A DNA stretch of 62,949 nt, filler included, from Rhabdomonas costata (taxonomy: Eukaryota), in NCBI GenBank assembly GCA_019059605.1. It is 47 parts of 47 records of this genome, joined end to end, with 100 filler letters (N's around TTAATTAATTAA, not from the genome) between each part and the next. Parts side by side here need not be neighbours in the genome. Positions count along the whole stretch, not along the records: positions 1 to 1,242 come from JAHMHO010022222.1; positions 1,343 to 2,586 come from JAHMHO010022223.1; positions 2,687 to 3,928 come from JAHMHO010022224.1; positions 4,029 to 5,270 come from JAHMHO010022225.1; positions 5,371 to 6,612 come from JAHMHO010022226.1; positions 6,713 to 7,954 come from JAHMHO010022227.1; positions 8,055 to 9,294 come from JAHMHO010022228.1; positions 9,395 to 10,636 come from JAHMHO010022229.1; 39 more parts are not named here. The stretch is one strand, 5' to 3'. How positions within the stretch are numbered: position 1 is the stretch's first letter; each line of letters begins with the position of its first letter. The position numbers were made by a program, and so were the translations under genes. Below, one piece after another: positions 1 to 11,568 of this stretch. The notes under the pieces are model-generated. The model searched no databases. It was not told the origin of the DNA and worked only from the letters and a program-made list of their open reading frames with translations.

Positions 1-170
1 GTTTTGGCAGGCACTTGCCTGGGCGCAGCTTGTCTCAGGAATTTCACAGCCATGAGACAAGCTGCGCCCAGGCAAGTGCCTGCTAAAACAACGGACACCA
101 CAGAATTCGTCATGAAGCGACAGGAAAAGAGTGACCTGCCAAGAGCAGGGGTGACAACCAAGGACTGTCC

Positions 171-203
171 TTTACAGTTCTTTACAGTTCTTTACAGTTC
201 TTT
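171..203 (+). repeat. Short tandem repeat (TTTACAGTTC)x3
   Basis: Three exact 10-nt copies at 171, 181 and 191. Confidence 0.95.
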
Positions 204-283
204 CTCTTATCGCTGTTCTGAGAATTCTACCAGGCTGGCTTATCTAGCCTCTTCAGAGGGCCTTGGGGACCAACTCATCTCAG

Positions 284-410
284 GAGTACGACCATACCAC
301 CATTAATGAGCCCCAACCTGTCACTCTAGCTCGAGTTCTGAGATATAGTTAGGCCTCCGGTCCGGGAGTGACCATGGCGGAAGTCACCCAGCGAACAGAG
401 CGAGGTTGTA
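284..410 (+). pseudogene. Degenerate 5S rRNA-like sequence (pseudogene or 5S-derived SINE)
   Basis: GAGTACGACCATACCACCATTAATGAGCCCCAACCTGTC matches the 5' 39 nt of human 5S rRNA (recalled) at about 28/39 ungapped. Downstream AGTTAGGCCT and GGGAGTGACC...GGAA resemble the 5S helix V/box C region. There is no intact helix I closure. Confidence 0.45.
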
Positions 411-1242
411 GCCCCAAGTAAGGGAGGACTATTGGAAGGACTAATTTTTTTTTTTTGCATTGGCTTTACATCGGGCTTGGGCTTTGATAAGAGAAAGAAC
501 TGTTGGCTGGCACACCGTCAGCCGGTGTGCCAGCAACAAATTTGTCTAAGTAATAAATCAAGGAACAGCGGAAGTGTCTGGGGGACCGGGAAAACATGGA
601 GTTTACCTCCATTTTTGCTTTAACACACTCATTCATGCTGCTGATGTGTTGGGTTGTGCTTCTACAGGTTCTACGGGTGCCCGTCACAAGGGTGCTTTGG
701 GTGACGTTGCTGTTGGTTGGTGACGCTGAGGTTTTGCCTTACATAACTCTAGGGTGCTAGCGCTACGGGTTCGCTGTGGGTCACAGGGTGTGGTGAGCAG
801 CAGACCAGGCTGATGCGTCCAAGCTGCTTCGCCCTGCGGACCAACTTCTCGGGTCTTTCGGTTCCGCCCCCCTCGCGATGAACTTCTCAGTCGTTCACCT
901 CTGCATTTTAACGCTTCATTCGCGGAGGTTACGGCTAAGAGTTCAGCTGAGAGGCGAGCCAAATAAAAAGAAAGTGAGGGAGGTGTGCCGAGCGGGATTT
1001 TCCCCCTTGGTGGGGAGGCAACGGGAGAGTGAAGCAGCTCCACCAGTACTTTTTGTGCGAAAATGGGCGGGTGAGCTTTGCCACCGGTGTCCCCCTTGCT
1101 GAGAGTCTCCCTGTCATTTCCAGGCTCCTCTCTCAATTCTTGGCATGGGTGGTGGCCCAACACCTGCTTCGGGGGTTCGGGAGTTCCCAGCCTCGCCTAC
1201 CTTCTCTGTGAGAGTGAGGAGTGACGTGGCTGCCCACCAACC

Positions 1243-1342
1243 NNNNNNNNNNNNNNNNNNNNNNNNNNNNNNNNNNNNNNNNNNNNTTAATTAATTAANN
1301 NNNNNNNNNNNNNNNNNNNNNNNNNNNNNNNNNNNNNNNNNN
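1243..1342. other. Artificial contig-joining spacer (first of 46 identical spacers)
   Basis: 44 N + TTAATTAATTAA + 44 N, recurring about every 1.34 kb up to 61609-61708. The core puts stops in all six frames, and ORFs ending in XXX-LIN are artefacts of it. Confidence 0.99.
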
Positions 1343-1351
1343 GTTGGGGGT

Positions 1352-1944
1352 GGTTCTCCGCCTCGAAAAGCTTCTGCTCCATGCTGTCCCGCTGCGTCTC
1401 ATCAAACCTGAAGCGCCGTAACAGATAAACACACAAATATGCAAGGGGGTGGGAGCTCCTCTCATCCCTGCTACGGATATGGCAACTGACAATACGGCAC
1501 GCACCGGAAAAATATATGGAAAGCACTAAGGTAGGGGCTCAATAACGAAGGGATGCGATTCTCTAAAAAAAAGGCTCCCGGAAATCTATACGAAACGGAT
1601 TCAAAAAGTAAAGCAGGAGACGGTTGCAATGCCGTTCAAAAAGTGAGAAGGGATGAGCATCTCGGTGGGCGTACCGACCAACTCAGGCGTTGGGGCATGG
1701 CATTTCCAGTCCACTAAGGCGAGAGATGTGCTGGGTTTCGCACCCCTCCCACAACCTGAGGTTGAGCTCGCTGAGGCGGGAGTTCTCGTTGGAATAGAAC
1801 TCGGTGACGTCGGAGAGCAGAACGTCGTAGCGGCTGTGGAGGCGGGCCAGCTCTTGGTTCAGGTGGGTGGTGTGCAGGTACTGCAGCTGCCGGATGTCCT
1901 CCTCTAGCCACCGCGCGCTCTCTCGGGTCAGCGCCTCCTCCTCC
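1352..1944 (-). CDS. Two exons of an unknown coiled-coil protein
   Basis: Exons 1944-1756 (EEEALTRESARWLEEDIRQLQ...LSELNL) and 1407-about 1352 (FDETQRDSMEQKLFE). They are joined in frame by GT-AG intron 1755-1408 (AG|G = Arg). High GC3. Confidence 0.7.
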
Positions 1945-2721
1945 CTGTGTTTTTTTTGTGAGAAAAAGGGAACACGCACAGCACAAAGCTCCAGGGGATG
2001 ACTGACCAGCACTTATCGATTTTAAACCCGCTGCTCACAAGGATCGCAGTTCTGGAAGGACATGAGGCTTCGGTCCGAAGCTACAGGCATACAGTGAAAG
2101 CTGAAGCACAGAAATTTCACCAATATGGTGATGCTGTGTCCTCTTTGGAAAACGACCCTTTCCGGTGATGAGTAGTACTCAAGGTGACCAGTGTGACCAG
2201 TTGGCCGCGGGAAGATCTATCTATTATATTTGAGCAGTTCCGTCCGACTGAATAGAAGATCGGCTTTTCCGTTGTGGCAACAGCGAAGCTTCATCCCCAG
2301 AACCCAAGTACTGGGCCCAATCGCACAAGAACGTATGAAACATACTTTTTTCGCAGCGCCTCGATCTGCTCCTGGTAAATCTTCCGAGACTCCTACAGAC
2401 CAGAAAACAAACGTAGCTGCACAACAAATCATCGACATGACACGCCCCCCTCGTCCTCAATTTCTCTCTCCAGCGGAAAAAAAAGGGTAACAGGTTAAAA
2501 ACACTCTAACCTGGTTACAACTACATACTAAGCCGTTGCAGACCGTCACAGAAGCCTGCCCAATATCAGCGCCCCCCACCCCCCACNNNNNNNNNNNNNN
2601 NNNNNNNNNNNNNNNNNNNNNNNNNNNNNNTTAATTAATTAANNNNNNNNNNNNNNNNNNNNNNNNNNNNNNNNNNNNNNNNNNNNGAAGCCTGCGGAGC
2701 TCACAGCGGGGGTGAGACACA

Positions 2722-3658
2722 CAGCCCACTGTCGGGGCGCTCGCCCTTGACCAGCGCGGAGATCTCCTTGGCGCTGGGATCGGTGAAGTCCCCAAGCAGC
2801 CGAAACAGAATGGACTCTGAAGTCGACACCAGGGCGCCCAGCTGGCGCATCGTCTGTGGGTTGGACACGACCCCCTCCTCCCGTTCCCCTTTCGAGGCGC
2901 TGATTCCTCCCCTATATCAGTGGTATGCGTGTGACAGAGAAGGAAAGAAAATCCACAGTGTTGCAAAGCGTGGAAAAACGCAAAACAAACGACCAGCCAA
3001 TGCAAACGCCAACTGCTAAATAAGGGAACAGTTCCCTAACGTTTCAGCCAATGCCGAGCCTCTCGAGACTAATGAATAACAAAGTGTGCAGGGGTAAGGG
3101 GCATTTCGATGGGGAGCAGGGCATACGTCCAGGGCCACCATTCGGTCCGAGTGACGGATGCTGGAGACCCCGTCCGCCGGGATATGGACATTATAGCCCG
3201 CCCTCAGCAGGTCCATCACCGTTTGCAGCACACAGACGTGGGTCTACCCAACGCAACGTCACGCAACGTGTCGCGCTAACATATGACCAAAGTTTGGAAA
3301 AGTGGTGGCTGTTGAGGGTATTAATTCAATCCCGCTGGCCCCACAGGGTGCATTCCCTCCTAACACATCCGATTGTGTCACTTCTTTCATACATAGTCCG
3401 AGGGTGCCGGGGTCACAAATCACGAACGACCAACTGATTGGGCGAGAAGTGCATCGTGAGGCCACTCTGGCCTTCGTAAAGCAACGTGCTCCCAGCTCGG
3501 CCTCCGCACCTCAATTCCAAACACCACGATGTCGGTGACCTCGGTCATCTTGCGCACCTCGGCCTCCACCTCTGGGGTCCACATGCTGAACTTGGTCTTC
3601 TCAAACACCTTGGTGCCCTCGGGAAGCGGTAGGGCCGCGGCGGTCTTCCCCAACCCCT
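2722..3658 (-). CDS. Isochorismatase-family (ISOC1/ISOC2-like) hydrolase, three exons, partial
   Basis: Exons about 3658-3510 (GLGKT...EKTKFSM...VVFGIE), 3243-3127 (THVCVLQTVMDLL...ADGVSS...ALD) and 2853-about 2722 (TMRQLGALVSTSESILFRLLGD). Both introns are GT-AG, phase 0, and rebuild the family motif GIE-x-HVCV-x-QT. Confidence 0.93.
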
Positions 3659-4124
3659 CTGAACAACCAGTGCACATGGCAGAGCAAAACAAAGAAATCA
3701 GCTCTGACATGCCCACCCGAGCTACAATGGTGCAACTTGCATGGACGGTGTACCAGCTGTTCCGGTCTGTCCGTTGGGTGGGTTTTCAAATATTCTCCTC
3801 ACTTCCTAAACCCTTTTTGATGTGATCATCCCTCCGCTGCTCGCTGCTGGGCAGGTAGTTGAGACACCTTAAAAAGGGTTTAGGAAGTGAGGAGAATATT
3901 TGAAAACCCACCCAACGGACACACCACANNNNNNNNNNNNNNNNNNNNNNNNNNNNNNNNNNNNNNNNNNNNTTAATTAATTAANNNNNNNNNNNNNNNN
4001 NNNNNNNNNNNNNNNNNNNNNNNNNNNNGGTTGGTGGTGAAATCACATTCATCTCATCACCATCACGTTTGTTTTCAAAGGCTGTTCCGACAAATGGGAT
4101 TCACACGAAAAGCTGTGCGGCGAG

Positions 4125-4268
4125 GTGGGTTGCCTGACCTTTGAATCCCTCCTTTTCAAAAAGCGCGCCCTGCGAGACTGCATTCAGGCCAACGCGGCGA
4201 TGATCCAGATGAACAAGCCGCTGTGTTTCGAGCCCAGGTTGTACCGCGACCACTACACGTACGAGAAG
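4125..4268 (+). CDS. Probable exon, unknown protein
   Basis: GC3-rich stretch (RALRDCIQANAAMIQMNKPLCFEPRLYRDHYTYEK) between AG at 4123-4124 and a GT donor at 4269. No family recognised. Confidence 0.4.
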
Positions 4269-7200
4269 GTCTGCCTACAGATCGCTAAACACGGCGGGTG
4301 CGGTGGGGAGCTAATTATACCGTTAGCTCGTAGCAATCACTTGTTAGAGCCTGCACACCTGTGTGACCGAATAGGGAGGGAACGATTTCCTGGTGGTGTT
4401 ATATCAATCAGAAGGTCTTCTCTTGTGTGCACCACCCGTCACACAACCATCGTGTACCATCTGTTCCTGTATGCGTCCGTTAGCATTCCTGGCTTTTCCT
4501 GGTTACAAAAACGCAGCGGAGAGAAGAGCACTCCGCTGTCTTTATCTTCATCGGTCCCTTTAAGTCCCCGATTTTTCGGTCAGCTGAGGAAAATCTTCCG
4601 AGGGTGTCCTTCTGTCCTTTGTTATATGTCTTGTACCCTTTCTAATAAAAGTACCGTGAAGGTAAGTAAAATGGATCGGATTAACCATAAAATCAGCTGC
4701 CTAAGAATATAATCGCTCATCCAGAAATGGTGAATGGAGGACCACCTCCGGACCAATGAAAGAAAAAGGCGATTCTCCGGCCATCTGCACCCCCCGCCGC
4801 TCTCTTTCATTTTCTCATTTTCTGTGGTGTAAATGCCCTGGATAGATCTTGGGCCGCTGAGCGCAGTGGATCCTGGAAAAAAGCCCGCCTCCCCCTTGAA
4901 AGTCTTCTATCCTTTTGGTAGGGGACAAACGCATCGCCCTCGATCGCGAAGATCATCGCCCTCAAAAAATCAGTCGAATATCGGTCCAAAACACAGTTGG
5001 CCCCGGGGGGTGGGAAAGGACATGCCAAGTTGCATTTTTTAAGGTGGAGGCGCACACTCAAAACACCACAACCAATCGCATAACCAAACCAATCGCAAAA
5101 ATAAAAAGATCGATGAAGCAGAAGCTGTTTGTGCTCAAGCACGTGTGCACCATTAAAAATAACCATTAAAAAGAAAAGGCAGCCCAAGGGTTCTTTAGTT
5201 ACCAACAAAAAAAACACCGGCTGCACTATTAACAAAAAACCTGGCGATTCGTATCTTGGGCTCCTCTCCANNNNNNNNNNNNNNNNNNNNNNNNNNNNNN
5301 NNNNNNNNNNNNNNTTAATTAATTAANNNNNNNNNNNNNNNNNNNNNNNNNNNNNNNNNNNNNNNNNNNNGTTTGGTAACCTAACCCTCCCATACCACTC
5401 TCATAACCTCTGATAGGAGACAGAAGATATGAGACCTATCCGGTCAGGGCTGTCTACTTTTGGATGTGCCGCTGTGAAGCGGATCCATGTTGAATTGGTA
5501 GGTATATCGGCGTATCGATTTATACGGTAGTTAGGGATGGAGGTATTGTGCGTGTTTGCACGCAGTAACCAGACCTTCGTTGAGACCTACGCGTGGAAGG
5601 TGTCGACGAATCTCTGTTATGACGCCGACACTGACAACGACCTGGGGCTTTTGTCAGTTTTCACAATGATAGGACATACCGAGTGCTTTGTCATCACAAC
5701 CATGCTCGGGTTTTGAATACCCCACCCCCTCCCGGTTCCCACTTCCGTGCCGTGATTCGGCGGTACCGTGTGCATGTACTGAAGATGTAAGAAGATGTTG
5801 TGAAGATGTATACGGACTCTGTGCGGCAAGCCAGGAAATCAGTGATGGTGAAATACTAAAACATGAAACGAAACACGAAAAGCCCGGAAACTAGCCCACC
5901 ACACGAAAGCGGTGAAGTACACGAGCACACTCACATCAAAGTGCTTTTGGCTGCATCACCTCAAAAAGTCAGAACCGAAAAAAGTGTCTAAATCAGGTAT
6001 TTTTGGACTTGAAAGCTGAAAAGGAGTGGTGAAAAGAGTGTTTTTGACCTGGAGGTGTTTTTGACTCTTTTCGGCCTTTTCGTTGTTGTGTCTACCTACC
6101 CCTACCTCTGAGATGACGCGACTCATTGAGTGAAACTATAGATTGCAGCTCACCTCATCTTCACTTCGTTTCGGGTCAAGTTGGACCAACTCGCTGGGTC
6201 TACGCCTCGGTTCCATGTTTACCATTTGGGACAGACCCTACTCAACGAGACTGAACTTGAGATGGAAATTTTTGAACGCTCAACCTCCGCTTGGGGACGA
6301 TGAAAGAGGGTTGGGTGGGGGGCAAAGCAATTGCTCAGAATTGCTTCAGCATTGCACAGCCCAGCTGGGCGCACACCTCAAAACAGTCTGATGGGAGTTC
6401 AGCAGATGCAGCGTGGCACATCATTTTTCCTTTCGTTTGCTTTCCTTTCGGTTTCGACCTTGAGCTGCATTAGCAGCTTTACTGGACGGCAGCAATCCTT
6501 AATACTCTGACCACTTTCTCTCGTGGACCGGACTCCACGTCCCTGCGTCTGTGTTTACTGACATTCCCATCTTAATTTTACCTGTGCCGTGAGTGATTCT
6601 CCACCCCCCAACNNNNNNNNNNNNNNNNNNNNNNNNNNNNNNNNNNNNNNNNNNNNTTAATTAATTAANNNNNNNNNNNNNNNNNNNNNNNNNNNNNNNN
6701 NNNNNNNNNNNNGTTGGGTGGGGCCGCCACGGCGACCTCAAGGTGGGTGGACACAGGGCCCTGAAGCTCCGGGTCAGCAGTGGGGGGAGGGGTGACCACG
6801 AGAGGTGGGTCGGACGAGGCCGTGAGCCCGGAGAAGGAGGAGGAGCTGAGTGACTCCACGTCCTCCCCCGGGGTCAGCCATGGGGCAGAGACGTCCAGCA
6901 CGGGGACACTCTCGACGACCTCCAGAGGGGAGGTGCCCATGTCCTTTTTAGGTTACAAGGGGTAGATACACACAAAGATACCTCCCGATTTGCTTCTGCC
7001 TCACTTATCTTCGTATCGGACACACGCCGACCGCCAGGGCGAGAGCGACGTGAGAACAGCCAGAGTGGCAGGATCCACGTGCGCCTGCTTTACTACGCGG
7101 GCTGCTGGCTGAGCTGGCCTCCATACTGTTGCGGTGCGCGGATCCTTGTCATTGGAGGCCTTCCGGCCTCCATCCGCCAGGCTGTGCGTTTTCTGCGGCA

Positions 7201-8346
7201 GCGTGGATACCTCTCGCACCGTTGGTTTCGTGCCTTCGGTTGCGAACTTCTTCGGCAAGGTGCGAGGTTGGGCTGCTTGTCGAAAGAAATGTGCGCGGTG
7301 CTGCGGCGTCAGCGAAACAATGGGCAGTGACTAGTAGTAGCTCCGGTGACCGTGAGTAGTAGCAAGACGTTGTTTGACGGTTGGGTGCGGGAAGGGGGGA
7401 CCTCGGCGTATTGTACAATTCTTGTGTGTGGACGGGGACAAAAACTGGCCGGTTTGTAGCTTTGCTGTCATGTCAGGTTTGTTTCACTGATGATGTTCCC
7501 TTTTCTTTTTTCTCACCTCGTGTGCACGCTTGAGTGAGACTAAAGATCCACCACCATATAATACGATTGCAGAGCTGTCTTTCGCTTTCGCTTTCCTTTC
7601 CTTCCAGTCGAGCAGAAGAAGCATGACAAAAGCAGAACAAGACTTGTCAAAGGCCCTATTTCCCGATGATCATGGCGTGATAGTGCGCCGACGCCGATTT
7701 CATCCTGTCCAATCCAACAATGCGCAACAGCATCGGTCTGCCCATGTTGCGCAGGCGGCCGTTCTGGTTTATGAAGCGTGTCATCTCCGGCACACATCAA
7801 TTTGCTGATTTGTTGAAGTTTGGGCGATGATTGCACAATTCATTCAGCGAATGGGTCCAGTAACAGGTTGGTGGGGTGACCTGGATGTTGTAAAATGGAA
7901 GGTATGCTATGCAATCACGTGGATACATCCGCTTTGCATAGCATACCAACCACANNNNNNNNNNNNNNNNNNNNNNNNNNNNNNNNNNNNNNNNNNNNTT
8001 AATTAATTAANNNNNNNNNNNNNNNNNNNNNNNNNNNNNNNNNNNNNNNNNNNNGGTGTTGGTGTATACACCTCTTTGAGCGGATGGAACCGAGCTGCCA
8101 TCATATTGCTTTTTTATACAGATTTTCAGCATTCATTGTTGTTGATTTTTTTCATTTTCTCACAGTGATCGATAAGCCCCACAGAGATGTGAGCATTTGT
8201 TTCCCCTCCGCTACGGTCCTGTCCACCTTTAGCGAGAACACGTGTGCGTGTGCCCGTACGTTTATAGATCGATAATTCATGTGCCTTGCCGTGTCGTCCT
8301 CTCGTGTGGATGTCAGGAGGATTAACGTCTGTCTGTCACTTCTTAG

Positions 8347-9287
8347 GGAGCTCCTCGCAGCTGAGCTTTGCGTGGCAGTGCTTCCGCGGCAACCTTAGCC
8401 TCTCCGCTGCTGCGGGCGTGGCCGCGGCGGCCTCCTTCTCCACAGACCCCTCGCTGCGGCTGCCGGCGTTCTCGCTGCGCCCCGGGGCCTCGTACACCTT
8501 CACCCTGTCCGTGAGTGAGGCCCTGCGGAACCTCTCCGCCACCGCACAGGCATACCAAACGCACGCACACACACACACACACACACACGTACTTCACCCG
8601 CTGGAACTAATTCCATTTACTATTGAAGTCGCAAGCACGTTCCCAGAAACCCGGTCATTTGCGCCATCATATCCTGCCTCCCGTCTTCACTCCTGAGCTG
8701 ACGCCAAAGCAACCGTCAAAAAGATACCAAGAAAGGTAAAAGGTGGTAAAAGGTGATTTCAAAAATGGGACAATGGGAAAGTTTTTGTATACACACGTGT
8801 AGACACGCACACACACTGCTCTTGTCTTTCCCGCAACAAAACATGGGGAACAACAAAAGAATAACATGTGCACAACGGGAAAATTGATTGCACTCAGTAG
8901 CACTCAGTATCACACGCACACACACCTCCACCCGTTCATGGGGACGAAATGCAATCCGCTTCCACTATATCCATGCTCTATGAGAATCGGAATCAACCCA
9001 TATTCTTTTCGTGTTGTGTTATAACTGGTTACTCCCGCAATATCGATCTGGTCCCCAGCATATCCATTCCTTGGTAATTCTGGGCCCTTCCAGAACCCCT
9101 AAACCTGGAGTATCTTGGAAACGGAGGGTCGTGTAAGGTAGCCCCGAAACTTTTGAACCTAATTGAACATCGGACACCCAATGGGTGCAACCAGTCCCCT
9201 CCATCTCGTTTTCTTTCGTTCTCTGCGACCCAGGTGACGGTGGACGTTGGGGCTCTGCCCGTGCTGGCCCGCATCACGGGCAGAGCC
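8347..9287 (+). CDS. REJ/PKD-like domain protein, two exons, partial
   Basis: Exon 8347-8549 (LSFAWQC...LRLPAFSLRPGASYTFTLSVS...SATAQ) and exon 9234-about 9287 (VTVDVGALPVLARITG). Together they read as a typical REJ module (L.PG.SYTFTL.V...A.VTV.V...P..A.I.G). The join needs a GC-AG intron at 8550-9233. Confidence 0.75.
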
Positions 9288-9692
9288 CCAACCANNNNNN
9301 NNNNNNNNNNNNNNNNNNNNNNNNNNNNNNNNNNNNNNTTAATTAATTAANNNNNNNNNNNNNNNNNNNNNNNNNNNNNNNNNNNNNNNNNNNNTTGTGT
9401 TTGAGTGAACAGAGACTCGCAGGTCGTCCATTTGGCGAGGTTGTTTTTGTTCAGTGCACGACTTTCCGCGTGATGCGCGAGTTGAGATTGTGCTGCCTTT
9501 TTGCTTTCTGGTGAATTCTTCCCAGTAACCCAGTAACCGTTATAAAAGTGTCTGTGTTTGCATCCTCGAGAAGCTGGTGAATGGACGAGCGCTCAGGTTG
9601 GGCACTGTGTCCCTTTCCTTCTCTCACACTCTCACATACCAAATTTTGGCGGAGACCTCGCTTGGCCGTCAGCAACGGGTTTGAATATCAAG

Positions 9693-10187
9693 GCCTTGAG
9701 CCAAGTAGCTGCCGCTCTCCCCCTCCTGAGATTGCTATGGGCTTTTGCCACAGGCGAACCTGCGCTTACCGCGGCCCAGAGCCTTGCCCCATCCCTGCGG
9801 GCTCTGGTTGCCAAGGCCGTGGAGAACCCCATGCCCGAACCCCACGCTCAGCTCTGCCAGGCTGCCCTGCAGCGCCTCACCGCCGCCACGGAGCCTGCCT
9901 CCACCTCCTCCCCAGCGGAGGACTCGCCGGCCCCTGCCGAGCACTCCGCAACTGCGGAAGTGCCGCCGCCACCGGCGCCCTCCGAGTCTGCAGATCAGCA
10001 ACAACAGCAACAGCAACAGCAACAGCCTGCACCGCCTCTGGAAGAGGAAGGGAAGCAGCCTCCACCGTTGGAGCCCGCAGCTGGCGCTGCTTCCGCGCCG
10101 GAGGTCCAGCAGGATGCCGTAGCCGTGGGGACCGTGGAGGGGAAGCCTCTGGCTGCTCCTGTCGAGGCTGGTGATCAGGATGACGTG
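9693..10187 (+). CDS. Probable exon, low-complexity Pro/Ala/Glu-rich protein with poly-Gln
   Basis: Long open frame with coding-like GC3 and a CAG/CAA run near 9996-10025, bounded by AG (9691-9692) and GT (10188). Confidence 0.55.
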
Positions 10188-10764
10188 GTATTGGGGGGGG
10201 GGGGCTCTGTTGACCGGCTGTGTGCCTTTGTCTTGCGTCGTGAAGCTCTCAGTGTGGATGGCCCAGTGTTGAGCGTGCACGGGCAAGCAGGAGGAGATCA
10301 AGCCAAGATCGAATCTCAATGTACGAACAACAGCATCCGAAATTCCGAAGCAACTCCGAGAGGTTGCGCGTGCGGGGACTCACAATTAAGAGAGGCTGTC
10401 TGAACTTCTTCATCCTTTCAGCGTCCCAGATTCTGCCCATTCCAACCGGGGCACTGCGGGGCTGGCGGAGCCCACACTGCAGTCAGCCGTGCTGTGTCAG
10501 CGCACTGCTCTCACCCTCTCCAGAGAGGCCGAATGATGGGGGTCGGGTTACCTAGTGGGGTAGCTGTCGGAAACCGAAACCTCACTTATGAGTTATGTGC
10601 GAGAGTATCAGGGAAGTGTGCTTTTGCACCCTGTATNNNNNNNNNNNNNNNNNNNNNNNNNNNNNNNNNNNNNNNNNNNNTTAATTAATTAANNNNNNNN
10701 NNNNNNNNNNNNNNNNNNNNNNNNNNNNNNNNNNNNTGTTGTTGGGTATTGGGTATTCTGTCTC

Positions 10765-11568
10765 TCGTCACTCCCCGCTACACGGGTCGTTCCTCGTTCC
10801 TGGGTCGTCACTTTGCTCGAGTCCCTCGCTTCGTTCCTCCTGACGTCACTCCCTTCACTGCGTTCCGGTCGTTCCTCTTCATACGTTCTATTGATCACGG
10901 TTCGTCACTCGCTACACGCTCGTTCCTCTCGACGTCAGGATTCTCGGTGCCTCGAATCCTTCCTCTGATGCTGGTTCCACTCCCCGGCATAAGCCGGTAC
11001 GTGTCACCCTACCTGCGGTGCCAGAGGGGTTAAAGAGTGGGGGGGATTCGAGAGGACGTGAGAATCCCGACAGTGGAGTTATTTGCTGGTCGTGATGACT
11101 CAGTGCCTTCGTCATCCCTCCCTAAATGCATGATGCCTCGGTCTCTCCGCCACCATAAGGTGCCTACGAGACCTCAGGGTGTATTGGGGGTTCTTGATGT
11201 CGTCGATGCTCCTTCGTCGCATCTCCTCCTAAATGCATGAAGAGAGAAGAAAAATTCCTTGTCGGTCGTCACTGCGTTCCTCCCTCCTAGATGCGTTGTT
11301 CAGTCGCTCCCCGCTATGCGGTACGCTCCTTCACTCCTACTCGCTACTCGCTACGCTCGTGTCTTCTTGTCGGCATTCACTGCGTTCATGCCTCCTTCTA
11401 ATACAGAAGAAGATGCTTAACGTCGTCGCTACGCTCCTCCTTCTATCCCCACTCACTGCGTTTCGTGGGGCCCCTAGAAGAAGAAGAAGATGGTCGTATG
11501 CTCGTACCTCGCATACTCCCAAGATGCAGTGGTTCGGGCATTCCACCGCTACGCGCTTCCATGCCTAG
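10765..11568 (-). repeat. Array of structured DNA hairpins with tandem G-A mismatches and GNA triloops
   Basis: Recurrent plus-strand cores TC-xy-TNC-y'x'-TC (minus strand GA-stem-GNA-stem-GA), many inside different perfect outer stems. See findings for coordinates. Confidence 0.85.
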
